NCBI GenBank assembly: GCA_016188545.1
Contig: JACPHO010000001.1
Coordinates: forward strand, 14,249 to 78,248
Reading direction: 5' to 3'
Origin: Candidatus Shapirobacteria bacterium
GTDB taxonomy: Bacteria; Patescibacteriota; Microgenomatia; UBA12405
Length of the DNA stretch: 64,000 bases
Notes under the pieces: generated by a model
What the model was told of the DNA's origin: nothing
What the model saw: the letters and a program-made list of their open reading frames with translations, nothing else
Database searches by the model: none
In this document: positions 9,649-20,457 of the stretch, in pieces
How positions within the stretch are numbered: the stretch's first letter is position 1
Layout of the letters: each line of letters starts with the position of its first letter
Translations under genes and position numbers: made by a program

Positions 9649-11681
9649 GGTTGTGGTGTTGGTGTAGCTTTTGGTGAAGGACATTTTATATCTTTCTCTG
9701 TTCCGCTAATAAAATATTCTTCCCGACCACAAACATTTTTCTTTGCTACCCCCTCCGGAGGGATTAACCATTGAGTTGACTTTCGTGAGGCTATCATTTC
9801 TCTCATAATTTTATTCCAAATTGGAGTTGCCCCAGATACCCCAGACGCTACCCAGCTCATCGGACTATTGTCGTTGTTACCAACCCAAGCTGCCACCATC
9901 ACATCGTTAGTCCAGCCAATACACCAATTGTCTCGCAGACTATTTGTCGTCCCTGTCTTTACAGCCACAGTTTCATTATCTATTTTTAGTTTTGAATTCA
10001 AACCAAAAACAGGGGATCTGGCTTGGTTATCGCTCAGTGCACTATTTATCAAAAATGCCTGCTTTGGATCAATTGTTTCCACCCCCACTGCCTCACTCCC
10101 AAATACCTTTTCACCCAAGTAGTTCTCTATTTTAAGCACTGATGTTAGTTCAACCTTCTTTCCCATATTCGCGAAGATACTATATGCACTTGCCAGTTCT
10201 GTCATCTTAACTTCGCCAGCCCCCAGGGCGAGTGAAAGACCAAACCGACTCTTATCTTTCCAAGTATTAATTCCCATTTGTTCTGCCAGGTCGATCATAT
10301 TTTCCACTCCATTTGTCGCCAATAGTTTTACCGAAGGGATATTTAGTGATGAAGCGAGAGCTGTCCGTAGAGTTACATTCCCCAAATACTTACCATTATA
10401 ATTTACCGGTATGTAAGGCTTACTTTGACCAGCAATTTTGTATACGACCTTTTCATCATCGATTATCGTCGCCAAGTTTTGCCCTTTTTTTAGTGCCAGA
10501 AGATAGTTTATTGGCTTGATTGACGACCCTGGTTGTCGGAGTGCTGTTGTTACATTAAACTTACCATCCATATTTGAGGCAAAGTAATTTCTTGAACCCA
10601 CCATTGCTAATACTTCACCGCTTCCAGGGGATAGCACGATTGCTGCCCCGTTAGTGATTTTTAGTCTCTCAACAGAAGATACTTCCTCGGCGACAATTTT
10701 TTCGGCCATCTTCTGTATTTGGATATCAAGACTCGTTACCACTGTCATTCCTCTTCTGGCAAAATTGTCATAACCAAGCTTCTTTTCCAAAAAATCTTTG
10801 ACATAAAACACAAAGTGAGGGGCCTGAATGGTTGGTCGATTAACGACTATCTTAAGATCTTCCGCCCTCATGTCAGAGGCTTCTTTTTCCGTTATAAATC
10901 CGGCCGACTCCATTTCTGATATCACATGTTTTTGTCTTAAAAATCCAAATTTTGGGTTATCACCGGTGGGCGAGTATGAGCTAGGTGCTGCCGGTAAACC
11001 GGCCAAAAATGCTGCCTCTGCCCCAGTTATCTCCCATACATTTTTACCAAAATATTTTTTAGCTGCTTCCTGAACTCCATACGTCTCACCACCGTACGCC
11101 ACTTGGTTAAAATATCGCTCCAGTATTTCTTCCTTAGATAATTTTTTCTCAACCATCAGCGCCAGGAGAGCCTCCCGCATTTTTCTTTTCCATGTCTTCT
11201 CGTTTGAGAAAAATACGCTTTTCACTAACTGCTGAGTTATTGTCGATCCACCCTGAAGTGTTCCGTTATTTTCTCTTTTAAGCATGTTGTAGATTAGTGC
11301 CTGACTTATTCCTTTAACCGATATCCCCTGATGCTGTAAAAAGCTTTTATCTTCTATCGCCAGAGTTGCTATAACTAAAGACTTAGGAATCTTAGCCAAC
11401 GGTACCCAGCTCCTATCCTCATCTTCATAAAATTTATAAAGTAATACCCCGTTTCTATCCAAAATTTTTGAAGAGAGTCGAGGTGGGTTGTATATTTCGT
11501 TAACGTTCGGCAGGCCTACTATCACTTTCAAATACAACCATATCAACACCCCACTCATCCCCAGCAGTATTGATCCTAAAAACAGGTATGATCGGACAAT
11601 TCGTAATCCAAATTTTAAAATAATCAGTAGCGGCCATCCTAATGCGATTAGCATTTTTTTAAGTAACAGAATTGGTCGCAT
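9645..11681 (-). CDS. Class A penicillin-binding protein (transglycosylase/transpeptidase)
   Basis: EDKSF..H, GGSTITQQLVK, QPGSSIK, SLN, KTGTT. Confidence 0.95.
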   Translation of the reverse strand: MRPILLLKKMLIALGWPLLIILKFGLRIVRSYLFLGSILLGMSGVLIWLYLKVIVGLPNVNEIYNPPRLSSKILDRNGVLLYKFYEDEDRSWVPLAKIPKSLVIATLAIEDKSFLQHQGISVKGISQALIYNMLKRENNGTLQGGSTITQQLVKSVFFSNEKTWKRKMREALLALMVEKKLSKEEILERYFNQVAYGGETYGVQEAAKKYFGKNVWEITGAEAAFLAGLPAAPSSYSPTGDNPKFGFLRQKHVISEMESAGFITEKEASDMRAEDLKIVVNRPTIQAPHFVFYVKDFLEKKLGYDNFARRGMTVVTSLDIQIQKMAEKIVAEEVSSVERLKITNGAAIVLSPGSGEVLAMVGSRNYFASNMDGKFNVTTALRQPGSSIKPINYLLALKKGQNLATIIDDEKVVYKIAGQSKPYIPVNYNGKYLGNVTLRTALASSLNIPSVKLLATNGVENMIDLAEQMGINTWKDKSRFGLSLALGAGEVKMTELASAYSIFANMGKKVELTSVLKIENYLGEKVFGSEAVGVETIDPKQAFLINSALSDNQARSPVFGLNSKLKIDNETVAVKTGTTNSLRDNWCIGWTNDVMVAAWVGNNDNSPMSWVASGVSGATPIWNKIMREMIASRKSTQWLIPPEGVAKKNVCGREEYFISGTEKDIKCPSPKATPTPQP

Positions 11682-11686
11682 TAATT

Positions 11687-13873
11687 TTATTGATTTATTA
11701 TCGTTGTTGGTAATTGACTTCCGGTCGTATCACCGGGATTTATATTTAAAGGACAGTCCAAGCACACCCATACTCCACTAGCATCTCTAACCGCTTGATG
11801 TTCCTGCCACTCGACGTTAGTTTTTACCTCACCGTCTTTGACAATTCTATTTGTGTCCTTGTCTATTAACACATTATTTTTGATCGGCAACCTTTTTGTT
11901 GGGGAATACTCTTTTTTGAAATATTCATAATGTGAGTCACATCCTGCCTCTGGGGGTAGCTCACCAGTAAAGTTACAAACTGCAATCTTTTGAACATCAA
12001 CCGGCACTACCGGCTTTTTGACTGGCTTGTCTTTAAGTAGATAGGTCATTACTTTGTTCCAAATCGGTGCTGCTCCAGTAGTACCTGATACCAGATATCC
12101 CATTTTGCTATTGTCGTTATTTCCCACCCACACAGTGGTCACAAAATCAGGTGTGTATCCAATCGTCCAATTGTCCCGCAAATCATTGGTTGTCCCTGTT
12201 TTGGCTGATACTTCGGGATGTCCCTTGATAGTCAAAAGCGATCCCCGTCCAAACACCATACTTCGAGACCCGTCATCAGACAAAATATCGGTGATAATAA
12301 AACTCGTATCCCTAGACAAAACTCTTTCTCCTGGAATGTCCTGGTAGCTCTCTAGAACCTTCCCATGTCTATCAGTTATATTCAGTACGGAAACAAGGTT
12401 CTGCCTTATTCCACCATTGGCAAATACTCCGAATGCTGTATTCATCTCCGTCATCATAACTTCACCACCACCAAGAGTTATTGATAGTCCGTATAAGGAC
12501 GGATCTTTATAAGTAGAGATTCCCATAGCTGATGCTGTCGCCACAAAATTTTCAAGTCCGACTAGTTGAATTGTTTTAACGGCTGGAATATTTAGTGAGT
12601 TACCCAGCGAATTACGCAAGCTTTGTATACCACTGTAACGCCCACCATAATTAGTCGGACAGTACATCTTTTGATTCTCGACTTTAAAGCATGTCGGACT
12701 ATCGTCAAAAATTGTGGCCGCAGTCACTTTCCCCATCTCAATCCCAGTGGCATAGTTCAATGGTTTTATTGACGATCCTGGTTGTCTTAACGCAGTGGTC
12801 ACATTGAATTTGCCTTCTATATCATTAGCAAAAAAATCTTTTGAGCCCACCATAGCTAATATCTGCCCCGTCTTTGGCTCAGTGACTAGCCCAGCTCCAT
12901 TGGATATCTTTTGTTTAGCCAGCTTTGTAGTCTCAGAGGCTATTGTGTGTTGCATCATCTCCTGAACGTTTGAATCAAGGGTTGTGGTGATCTTCAGTCC
13001 ACCTTCGTTAACCAACTTCGCACCATACTTTTCAACTAACATTTCTTTGACATAAAAAACAAAGTGAGGCGCTACGATCTCGTCTTTATTAATGTAATAG
13101 TTCAACGGTTCCTTTTCTGCCGCCAACTTCTCATCTTCTGTTATGTAATCCAATTCACGCATTCTCGTCAAAACCAGCTCTTGTCTTTTTTTAGCAGCGT
13201 CGGGGTGAGCAAAAGGGGAATATCTGGTCGGTGAGCCCGGCAGTCCAGCTAGTAACGCCGCCTCACCTGTGGTCAGATCTTTAACTTCTTTATTAAATAT
13301 TCCCTTGGCGGCTGCACCCACACCCCAGAGAGTTCCACCGTATGGAGTCTGGTTAAAATACATCTCCAGAATCTGTTTTTTGGTATACAGCACTTCAGTT
13401 GATACTGTTAATAATGCCTCTTTTACCTTTCGAGTCCAGGTCCTCTCCGGTGTCAGTAGTGCATTTTTCACCAACTGTTGGGTAATAGTTGACCCACCTT
13501 GCAACCTCTTTTGGACTAGCGTTCTAAAGAGTCCTCGGACAATACCCCTCAAATCAAATCCTATGTGACTATAAAAGTTAGCGTCTTCCACTGCCAAAGT
13601 TGCTTTAACCAATCTTTCTGGGACATCATCAATTTTGACAATATTTCTTCTTTTTTCAGAGAAAATCTCATAAATCAATTTCCCGTTTCTGTCCATAATT
13701 TGAGAATTTTCTGGATAAATATCCGACGTTAGACTTCTCGGGTTTGGCATATCTTTCAAAAGAAATGCCATGAAAATTACGAAAGGGATTAATACAGCGA
13801 GACCAATAACTAAGAATCGATTCTTAGTAATTCCACGTATATCTATTTTTTTCTTGTTGTTTGTTCCAGCCAT
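11687..13873 (-). CDS. Class A penicillin-binding protein (second paralog)
   Basis: EDANFYSH, GGSTITQQLVK, QPGSSIK, SLN, KTGTT. Confidence 0.95.
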   Translation of the reverse strand: MAGTNNKKKIDIRGITKNRFLVIGLAVLIPFVIFMAFLLKDMPNPRSLTSDIYPENSQIMDRNGKLIYEIFSEKRRNIVKIDDVPERLVKATLAVEDANFYSHIGFDLRGIVRGLFRTLVQKRLQGGSTITQQLVKNALLTPERTWTRKVKEALLTVSTEVLYTKKQILEMYFNQTPYGGTLWGVGAAAKGIFNKEVKDLTTGEAALLAGLPGSPTRYSPFAHPDAAKKRQELVLTRMRELDYITEDEKLAAEKEPLNYYINKDEIVAPHFVFYVKEMLVEKYGAKLVNEGGLKITTTLDSNVQEMMQHTIASETTKLAKQKISNGAGLVTEPKTGQILAMVGSKDFFANDIEGKFNVTTALRQPGSSIKPLNYATGIEMGKVTAATIFDDSPTCFKVENQKMYCPTNYGGRYSGIQSLRNSLGNSLNIPAVKTIQLVGLENFVATASAMGISTYKDPSLYGLSITLGGGEVMMTEMNTAFGVFANGGIRQNLVSVLNITDRHGKVLESYQDIPGERVLSRDTSFIITDILSDDGSRSMVFGRGSLLTIKGHPEVSAKTGTTNDLRDNWTIGYTPDFVTTVWVGNNDNSKMGYLVSGTTGAAPIWNKVMTYLLKDKPVKKPVVPVDVQKIAVCNFTGELPPEAGCDSHYEYFKKEYSPTKRLPIKNNVLIDKDTNRIVKDGEVKTNVEWQEHQAVRDASGVWVCLDCPLNINPGDTTGSQLPTTIINQ

Positions 13874-14438
13874 CAATTCTAGTTAATAGTTTTGTATATT
13901 TTTCACTATCGATTTCAATTCCTTTCTCATTTCTGTGAAATATTTCTCTATACGCCAATCCTGCCCACAGAATTTGCTTACGTATCTGTTTTGATTGAGC
14001 ATCAACGTTTTTTGCCCCCATCACTAACTCGTTGGCATATTCTAATTTATCTATGGCTTCATTGCCAGACTCAACTGCCAACCCTCTCTCACCTTTTTCT
14101 GTCAACTTTTGGAATTCAGCAATTTTTTTATCTGCCATAAGTACCGCCAACTTTACCTTATTTTCCCCTCCACTAAGAGTCATCCATACATAATCTCTCA
14201 CTTTTTTGAAACCATAGAACACATGATTTGGTAGCATTCCTGCATCAGGGAGTTTATATGTTCCCGAAACAGTTTCTCCATCTTCAAAATTTACCAGAAA
14301 CTTTACTTCTTCGTTTCGTAACGAGTCCATCTCTCCATCTTGAGCCATTAGGTTTAGTCCAGCCTTAGCAACTGACACAAAAAGTATAACTAAACCAATC
14401 AAGACGACAAAAACCCTACCTATTATCTTCATCAGCAT
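13824..14438 (-). CDS. DUF5667-like membrane-anchored helical protein
   Basis: LPDAGMLPNHVFYGFKKVRD...ADKKIAE pattern. Confidence 0.65.
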   Translation of the reverse strand: MLMKIIGRVFVVLIGLVILFVSVAKAGLNLMAQDGEMDSLRNEEVKFLVNFEDGETVSGTYKLPDAGMLPNHVFYGFKKVRDYVWMTLSGGENKVKLAVLMADKKIAEFQKLTEKGERGLAVESGNEAIDKLEYANELVMGAKNVDAQSKQIRKQILWAGLAYREIFHRNEKGIEIDSEKYTKLLTRIDGWNKQQEKNRYTWNY

Positions 14439-15216
14439 ATCTTATTCTATCACTTGGGTGAAAAAATGCTGACCGAAGTCCCACAATTTCTGAACTAATT
14501 TTCCGTTTCATGTACCACCACTGCGGCCAAAAAACTAACCAATTTATCAAATCCAAGATTCTGTTGTCCGTTGTTTTTACTTTTAATTTTTTACTTTTTA
14601 CTTTTGACATTTTACTTCCATATCCATTAGCTACATGCTTACCTACCCAGTCATTTTCGGCCAGAAAATTTTCATAAGTCTTATTCTTGTTCAAAATTGG
14701 AACCATCAAAATAGTATCCATCGCGTTCCTTAGTGTTTGTTTATTTTTTGGTAGTTTCATTTCACCTTCTTCTATCCACAGGTTAAAACACAAGTCATCT
14801 TTATTTTCACTTAATCCAAACTTTCGGTGGGGGATTTTATTAAAAAAAACATACAGTCTCAGCACTAATCTATTAATCCACAAGCGGTTACTCTTAGTGA
14901 CAATCATTAGGTCAATGTCGTCATTTTGTCTACAATACCCAGCCGCCACCGATCCAGTCACCGTTATCAGTAAGATATCCGGAAAAACCACTGCCAATTT
15001 TTTTGCAAAAAGACTAACTTTTTCTAGTTTGGACTCAGTAAACTCACTTTTTTTAGTAAACTTTTCAATGTCCTTTGATAGTCTTTTCTTAATGTCTTCA
15101 CTACTATAACAGTGACTACTAATTAGCCGCTTTGTTAACTCTTCAGGACTGTATACCACCCCAAACTGACTACCGTATTCTCTTGTTTTTTTAATTTCCT
15201 TATCCAGTTGGTCCAT
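14416..15216 (-). CDS. Nucleotidyltransferase (Pol-beta fold) domain protein
   Basis: VTGSVA......DDIDLMIV. Confidence 0.8.
   Translation of the reverse strand: MDQLDKEIKKTREYGSQFGVVYSPEELTKRLISSHCYSSEDIKKRLSKDIEKFTKKSEFTESKLEKVSLFAKKLAVVFPDILLITVTGSVAAGYCRQNDDIDLMIVTKSNRLWINRLVLRLYVFFNKIPHRKFGLSENKDDLCFNLWIEEGEMKLPKNKQTLRNAMDTILMVPILNKNKTYENFLAENDWVGKHVANGYGSKMSKVKSKKLKVKTTDNRILDLINWLVFWPQWWYMKRKISSEIVGLRSAFFHPSDRIRYADEDNR
14575..14616 (+). repeat. Heptamer array (TTTTACT) inside a CDS
   Basis: Six degenerate units; encodes SKMSKVKSKKLKVK on the minus strand. Confidence 0.7.
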
Positions 15217-15252
15217 ACCTCTATTCTACCTTGGTATAATATATCTCGATCT

Positions 15253-16755
15253 ATGAAGAAAAATGGCAGAGCTTACCGGCTTCTTGAAATGGTTCCAGGC
15301 ATTTTTGCTTGGACAGCTATCACCTTTCCAATTTGGGGAGCCTTTATCTTTCCCCGTATAGTTGCGTACTTTGTTATCGCATTCCTAATTTATTGGCTTT
15401 ATCAATCCTTCAAAGCAGCCTTCTTTGCCATCATCGGTTACTTTAAAATAATCGCTGCCCAAAAGACTCCTTGGCCTGACTTATATAAACAGAATAAGAC
15501 AAAAAGTTGGCTATCTTTTACTGAAGTTGACCATGTTATTGTAATTTCTTCCTATAAAGAGCCGGTAGATGTGATCGATATGGCTGTAGGTAGCTTGGCC
15601 GCCCAGATCGACATAAACCTGAAACAGATCCACGTTATTGTTGCTCAGGAAGCTCGGGCCGGCAAGGAGAACAATGAGGCTACTATCAGTTACTTTACAT
15701 CTAAGTACAAAAACGTTTTTGGTAATTTGATCTTTACCTCCCACCCCTCCGATACTCCGGGTGAAACCATAGGCAAACATAGTAATGAAGCCTTTGCCGC
15801 CAAATACTTCAAGAAAAATTTTATTAAGAAGGGGACTTTTGACATCGACAAATTAACACTAACCTCCTGTGACGTCGACACTATCTTTAACCCTAAATAT
15901 TTTTCCGCTCTGACATATTCATTCGCGTCATCAGAAAATCGCTATTATAGATTTTGGCAATCGCCAATTTTTTGGCACCACAATATCAATAGTGTCCCTG
16001 GCCCCATTAGAATTATCGGAACACTTGGTAATGTAATTCATATAGCCAATATTCAGGAACCAGATGGACTTTTCTTTAACTATTCCTGTTATTCATCATC
16101 GTACCGACTAATCGACTCAGCGGGTTACTGGGACATCGATATGATTCCTGAGGACTGGCATATCTTTCTCCAAACCTTCTTTAGTAGTGGTGGCCGTAGT
16201 CAAGTCGAGCCAATTTTTCTCCCCACCATCGTCGATGCTCCAGATGGTAAATCATATTTTGGTGCTCTCAAAAATCGTTATTCTCAGTGTGTCCGCCACG
16301 CCTGGGGTGCTATTGATATTCCCTATGCTATCAAACAATCCATCAACCATCCTGAGATTCCCATTATCACCCGAATCCTTCGTGTTTACCGTCTGATAGA
16401 AACTCATTTTATTTGGTCTAGCAACTGGTTCATTCTTACTCTTGGTACCTCTCTTCCAGTTATTCTTAACCCCACTTTTTTTCAGACCTCCATTGGTTTT
16501 AACCTTCCCCGAATCTCCAATATTATTCTGACTGTCTGTTTAATCCCTTTGATTTCCCTAATAATTCTCGACTGGAAACTTCGACCAAAATACCAAAAAA
16601 CTGGTCTCGGTAATATTCTCAAAAATATTCTTCAGTGGCCGTTCATGCCCTTGGCCACCCTGACCATGTCTGTTTTACCCGGTCTACATTCTCATACGAG
16701 ACTAATGCTTGGCCATCGACTTGAGTACAAGACCACCCAAAAAAAGGCAAAATAG
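15253..16755 (+). CDS. Membrane GT2-family glycosyltransferase
   Basis: CDVD, PEDW, QCVRHAWG motifs plus TM helices; start moved to the ATG after TATAAT. Confidence 0.88.
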   Translation: MKKNGRAYRLLEMVPGIFAWTAITFPIWGAFIFPRIVAYFVIAFLIYWLYQSFKAAFFAIIGYFKIIAAQKTPWPDLYKQNKTKSWLSFTEVDHVIVISSYKEPVDVIDMAVGSLAAQIDINLKQIHVIVAQEARAGKENNEATISYFTSKYKNVFGNLIFTSHPSDTPGETIGKHSNEAFAAKYFKKNFIKKGTFDIDKLTLTSCDVDTIFNPKYFSALTYSFASSENRYYRFWQSPIFWHHNINSVPGPIRIIGTLGNVIHIANIQEPDGLFFNYSCYSSSYRLIDSAGYWDIDMIPEDWHIFLQTFFSSGGRSQVEPIFLPTIVDAPDGKSYFGALKNRYSQCVRHAWGAIDIPYAIKQSINHPEIPIITRILRVYRLIETHFIWSSNWFILTLGTSLPVILNPTFFQTSIGFNLPRISNIILTVCLIPLISLIILDWKLRPKYQKTGLGNILKNILQWPFMPLATLTMSVLPGLHSHTRLMLGHRLEYKTTQKKAK

Positions 16756-16768
16756 GCTAAACTATTTC

Positions 16769-18226
16769 ATGATCAATCTTCTCGAAAAGAAACATCGTTT
16801 CGTGCTAATTGCCTCACTTCTTTTTTTACTTCTTAGATTACCTTCACTTTTCGAACCATATTGGTACGGTGACGAGGGGATTTATCTGGTCCTCGGACAG
16901 GCCCTCCGAAAAGGTCTAGTTCTTTATCGTCAAATTCATGACAATAAGCCACCGAGTCTTTATTATCTAGCTGCCATTGCTCAGACTGTCTTTGGTTTCC
17001 GTCTCTTACTTGCTATCTCTATGGCTTTCTCGTCTGTAATTTTCCACAAGTTCTCCACCAAACTTTTTTCAGCCAAATTCGCCAAGATATCTACGATTCT
17101 GTTTATTATTCTTACCTCAATTCCCCTAATTGAAGGCAATATCGCCAATGCCGAAATCTTCATGGTACTCCCAACTCTAGCGGGAATTTATTACTTCTTC
17201 TACTCAAAATCTACTCTACATTACTTAGTTTCCGGATTATTGCTTGGTCTCGCTTTCACTTTCAAAGTTCCGGTCGCAGTCGAGTTTGCTCTCCTTTGTG
17301 CTTGGGTTTTGGCATTCAATTTTGAACGTTCCAAAATAAAATTAATCGCAATTAGCTGGTTCGCTCTGGTCGTTGGTTTTGTTCTACCAATTGTTCTTTT
17401 TTTTGCTCTGTCTATTTATCAACGAGCTGGCAATGAGTTTTTATTTTCCGCCTTACTCCAAAACTTTGGATATCTGTCATCTTGGTCAACAGGCTCGCAC
17501 TCCGGTAGTGCCACCAGCGGTGGTCTAGTCAACCGGGCAGTGATCATGTCAATTTCTTGGTTAATCATTTACTTCTTATATCTAAAAAAACACATACCCA
17601 AAAGTGCTTTATTTGTATTTACTTGGTTTTGTGCCACTGTCTTTGGAGCACTTCTCTCTACTCGTCCCTATCCTCACTATCTGATTCAATTAGCTCCTCC
17701 ATTAGTCTTAATCTTAACTCTTATATTTTCAACTCTAGCCACACTCAAACAACGGATTATTTCCATAATCTTACTTGCTGGACTTGGATTTTACCTTGTT
17801 AGTTATAAATTCTATTACTACCCAGTCGTTTCTTATTACAAAAACTTCTACGCTCACATTTTTAGTCTGAACTCAGTCGAATACCGCAATTACTTTGGTG
17901 CTCGAGTCGATGATACTTACCAAATTGCTCAGTTTCTTAAGAACACCACAGCTCCAGAGGAAGACATCTTTATTTGGGGTGACGAACCCTATATTTATGC
18001 CCTATCGGACCGTCTCCCTGTTGGAAAATACACGGTTGCCTACCATGTGGCCGACTTCAACCAATATGAGAACACTTATAACCAATTAATAGTTCAATTT
18101 CCCAAAACCGTTATATACTACCCTCAGCCAGGACGTCCTTTTCCTGACTTAGATCGATTCATAAAACTATACTATTCACCGGCGACCGCCTTTGGCGAAG
18201 CCACTATCTACACCCGTAATGAGTAA
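16769..18226 (+). CDS. GT-C (ArnT/PMT-like) membrane glycosyltransferase
   Basis: WYGDEGIY, DNKPP, many TM helices. Confidence 0.88.
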   Translation: MINLLEKKHRFVLIASLLFLLLRLPSLFEPYWYGDEGIYLVLGQALRKGLVLYRQIHDNKPPSLYYLAAIAQTVFGFRLLLAISMAFSSVIFHKFSTKLFSAKFAKISTILFIILTSIPLIEGNIANAEIFMVLPTLAGIYYFFYSKSTLHYLVSGLLLGLAFTFKVPVAVEFALLCAWVLAFNFERSKIKLIAISWFALVVGFVLPIVLFFALSIYQRAGNEFLFSALLQNFGYLSSWSTGSHSGSATSGGLVNRAVIMSISWLIIYFLYLKKHIPKSALFVFTWFCATVFGALLSTRPYPHYLIQLAPPLVLILTLIFSTLATLKQRIISIILLAGLGFYLVSYKFYYYPVVSYYKNFYAHIFSLNSVEYRNYFGARVDDTYQIAQFLKNTTAPEEDIFIWGDEPYIYALSDRLPVGKYTVAYHVADFNQYENTYNQLIVQFPKTVIYYPQPGRPFPDLDRFIKLYYSPATAFGEATIYTRNE

Positions 18227-18608
18227 TACTCTGTCATTATCAAATTTATCAAGCTCACTCGCCAAAGTAGGTCTGTTTTGGCAGGAGAAACTAAACGGAA
18301 CAGTTTTCCGCTGGAATTTGTTTGTGGCTATAATGCAGTTTGCTTTTGTTTGGTACAAATACAACGACCTCCCCCCCGAAATCCCTCTCTTCTATTCCCG
18401 ACCTTGGGGAGCCGAGCAGTTGGCAGCGAGTTCTTCGGCTTTCTTGCTTCCAGTAATCACTTTTATAGTTATTATTGTTAATAATTTTCTAGCCGTGTTC
18501 CTACTTCGGTCAAACTCACTTCTTTCCCGGCTACTAGTTATCACTTCTCTTCTTTTTGCCATTCTTTCGTTTATTGCTATGCTGCGCTCTATTAGTCTAG
18601 TAGTCTAA
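18219..18608 (+). CDS. Small membrane protein (DUF1648-like)
   Basis: LPPEIPLFYSRPWG loop between TM helices. Confidence 0.7.
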   Translation: MSNTLSLSNLSSSLAKVGLFWQEKLNGTVFRWNLFVAIMQFAFVWYKYNDLPPEIPLFYSRPWGAEQLAASSSAFLLPVITFIVIIVNNFLAVFLLRSNSLLSRLLVITSLLFAILSFIAMLRSISLVV

Positions 18609-18610
18609 CC

Positions 18611-19666
18611 ATGCCTACCAATTTCTTTTTTAGTCTCCTAATCGCCTTTTTACTCTCTTTCATTGCCACACCCCTTGTTCGTAATTTTTTGGTATCCCAC
18701 TCCCTGGTTGAAGATCCTGTAAAAAAGCAAAAAAAAGATAAAAACTCTACCGCCACAGCCGCCATACCTCGGGGTGGAGGAGTACCCATATTTTTGGGAA
18801 TTATTGTTGCAGTGCTGCTTTTCCTTCCTCTTGATCGTCAACTAATAAGTATTATCATCGCTCTGACACTTACTCTAGCTGTTGGAATTTTTGATGACTT
18901 GTTCGACATCAGTCCCAAGTTAAGGCTGGTTACCAACATCACAGCCGCCATTATCGTGGTTGCCTCGGGAATTGGTATCGCCTATATATCAAACCCTTTT
19001 GGCGGAGTATTTGACCTATCTTTTATCCGGATTGAATTTGATTGGTTTGGTCCACATAGTATTTGGTTAATCTCCGATCTTCTGGCTATTTTTTGGATAG
19101 TCTGGTGTATGAATATCACCGGCTGGTCAGGTGGGGTTGAAGGGCAGCTTCCTGGATTTGTGGGTATATCAGCCCTCTTTATCGGACTTTTAGGTCTTAA
19201 GTTTTCTCAGGATATCCAGCAGTGGCCAGTAATTATTTTGGCTGGAGCTGTCTCCGGAGCTTACTTTGGTTTTTTACCTTTCAATTTTTACCCCCAAACC
19301 ATCATGCCTGGATACAGTGCCAAAAGCCTGGCGGGTTTTAGCCTAGGAGTTCTATCAATCCTCTCAGGTGCCAAGTTAGCAACACTTTTTTTACTTCTCG
19401 CCATTCCTATGCTTGATGCAGTTTTTGTTATCGGGCGTCGCTATGTTCAGGGAAGGTCCCTCGTTAAACCGGATGGTCAGCACTTACACCACCTCTTGCT
19501 CCGTCTTGGCTGGAGCCGGCAAAAGATAGCCATTCTTTATTGGCTGGTTAGTTTATGCTTGGGACTAGCAACTTTACTATTTAACACCCAACAAAAACTC
19601 TACGTTTTTATTTTAGTAATAATTACCTTTACAGCCTCTCTTATCAAGATATATCGGCATATTTAG
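18611..19666 (+). CDS. WecA/TagO/MraY-family polyprenyl-phosphate sugar-1-phosphate transferase
   Basis: PRGGG, GIFDD, FNFYP..IMPG, HLHHLL. Confidence 0.88.
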   Translation: MPTNFFFSLLIAFLLSFIATPLVRNFLVSHSLVEDPVKKQKKDKNSTATAAIPRGGGVPIFLGIIVAVLLFLPLDRQLISIIIALTLTLAVGIFDDLFDISPKLRLVTNITAAIIVVASGIGIAYISNPFGGVFDLSFIRIEFDWFGPHSIWLISDLLAIFWIVWCMNITGWSGGVEGQLPGFVGISALFIGLLGLKFSQDIQQWPVIILAGAVSGAYFGFLPFNFYPQTIMPGYSAKSLAGFSLGVLSILSGAKLATLFLLLAIPMLDAVFVIGRRYVQGRSLVKPDGQHLHHLLLRLGWSRQKIAILYWLVSLCLGLATLLFNTQQKLYVFILVIITFTASLIKIYRHI

Positions 19667-20435
19667 CCAATATCCAGCCACTTTTACCGTTACCCAAGTC
19701 AATCTTCAGCCACTCTTTATCCTGATCGATCATTCGATATTTTTCATTTGGTTTAACTTTAGTTACTTCTGCTCCGCTGCTGCTCGGGGTATCACGAACT
19801 CGTAGCCAGCCAGTCTCAGTTTCCTTAATCATAATTAAGTGGCCGGCAGGTTCAGTACTTATTGGAGTAGGTGCTGCGGATGGGGTTGTCGCCACCGCTT
19901 TTTCTTCCGATAGGTCGGTTTCGACTACTAGCTGATATCCGTTAACCAGTCTCACATATGAGTTGATACTCTTATGCCCAGGAAAAGAAACCGTCAATTT
20001 TTTATCACCTTCCCCTATATTTTCAATCCGCACTGGGCTATAACCTTTCACCTCATCATCCACAAAAACAGTCGAACGATCTGGTCTAGAGCTGACCATT
20101 ATTCCTGCCTTTTCTATGTTTCCAGTAGCTTCAAAATAGAGTGTATATCCTCCATTTTCGCCGTTATCTCCAAATTCACGGTTGATTACTGTGTTTGCCC
20201 CATTCTGCAAGTGTATGTTTTTGGTCCATTCCTGTCCGTTGGTAGCCAATTTTATTTTTAGTTCACCTGGCTTTACCGTGTTGTTTTTATATGGTGTCAT
20301 CCCTGCTTCTTTATCGTTGATAAACACCTTTGCCGGTGGATAGGATATAATTTCAATACCAGATTTCTGCATGTTAAAGTTGCATCCAGATAGTACCAAG
20401 CTAAATAACAGCACCGCTAACGCCCGCAGTTTCAT
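19644..20435 (-). CDS. PEGA plus SH3b domain lipoprotein
   Basis: LSGC lipobox, two PEGA repeats, GWLRVR...W.KI..G..GWI SH3. Confidence 0.88.
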   Translation of the reverse strand: MKLRALAVLLFSLVLSGCNFNMQKSGIEIISYPPAKVFINDKEAGMTPYKNNTVKPGELKIKLATNGQEWTKNIHLQNGANTVINREFGDNGENGGYTLYFEATGNIEKAGIMVSSRPDRSTVFVDDEVKGYSPVRIENIGEGDKKLTVSFPGHKSINSYVRLVNGYQLVVETDLSEEKAVATTPSAAPTPISTEPAGHLIMIKETETGWLRVRDTPSSSGAEVTKVKPNEKYRMIDQDKEWLKIDLGNGKSGWILAKYADIS

Positions 20436-20442
20436 ATCATCA

Positions 20443-20450
20443 AGTATACT
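20443..20450. promoter_or_regulatory. Palindromic bidirectional -10 box (AGTATACT)
   Basis: TATACT on each strand, 7 nt from the ATGs at 20435 (-) and 20458 (+). Confidence 0.6.
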
Positions 20451-20457
20451 AAATCAA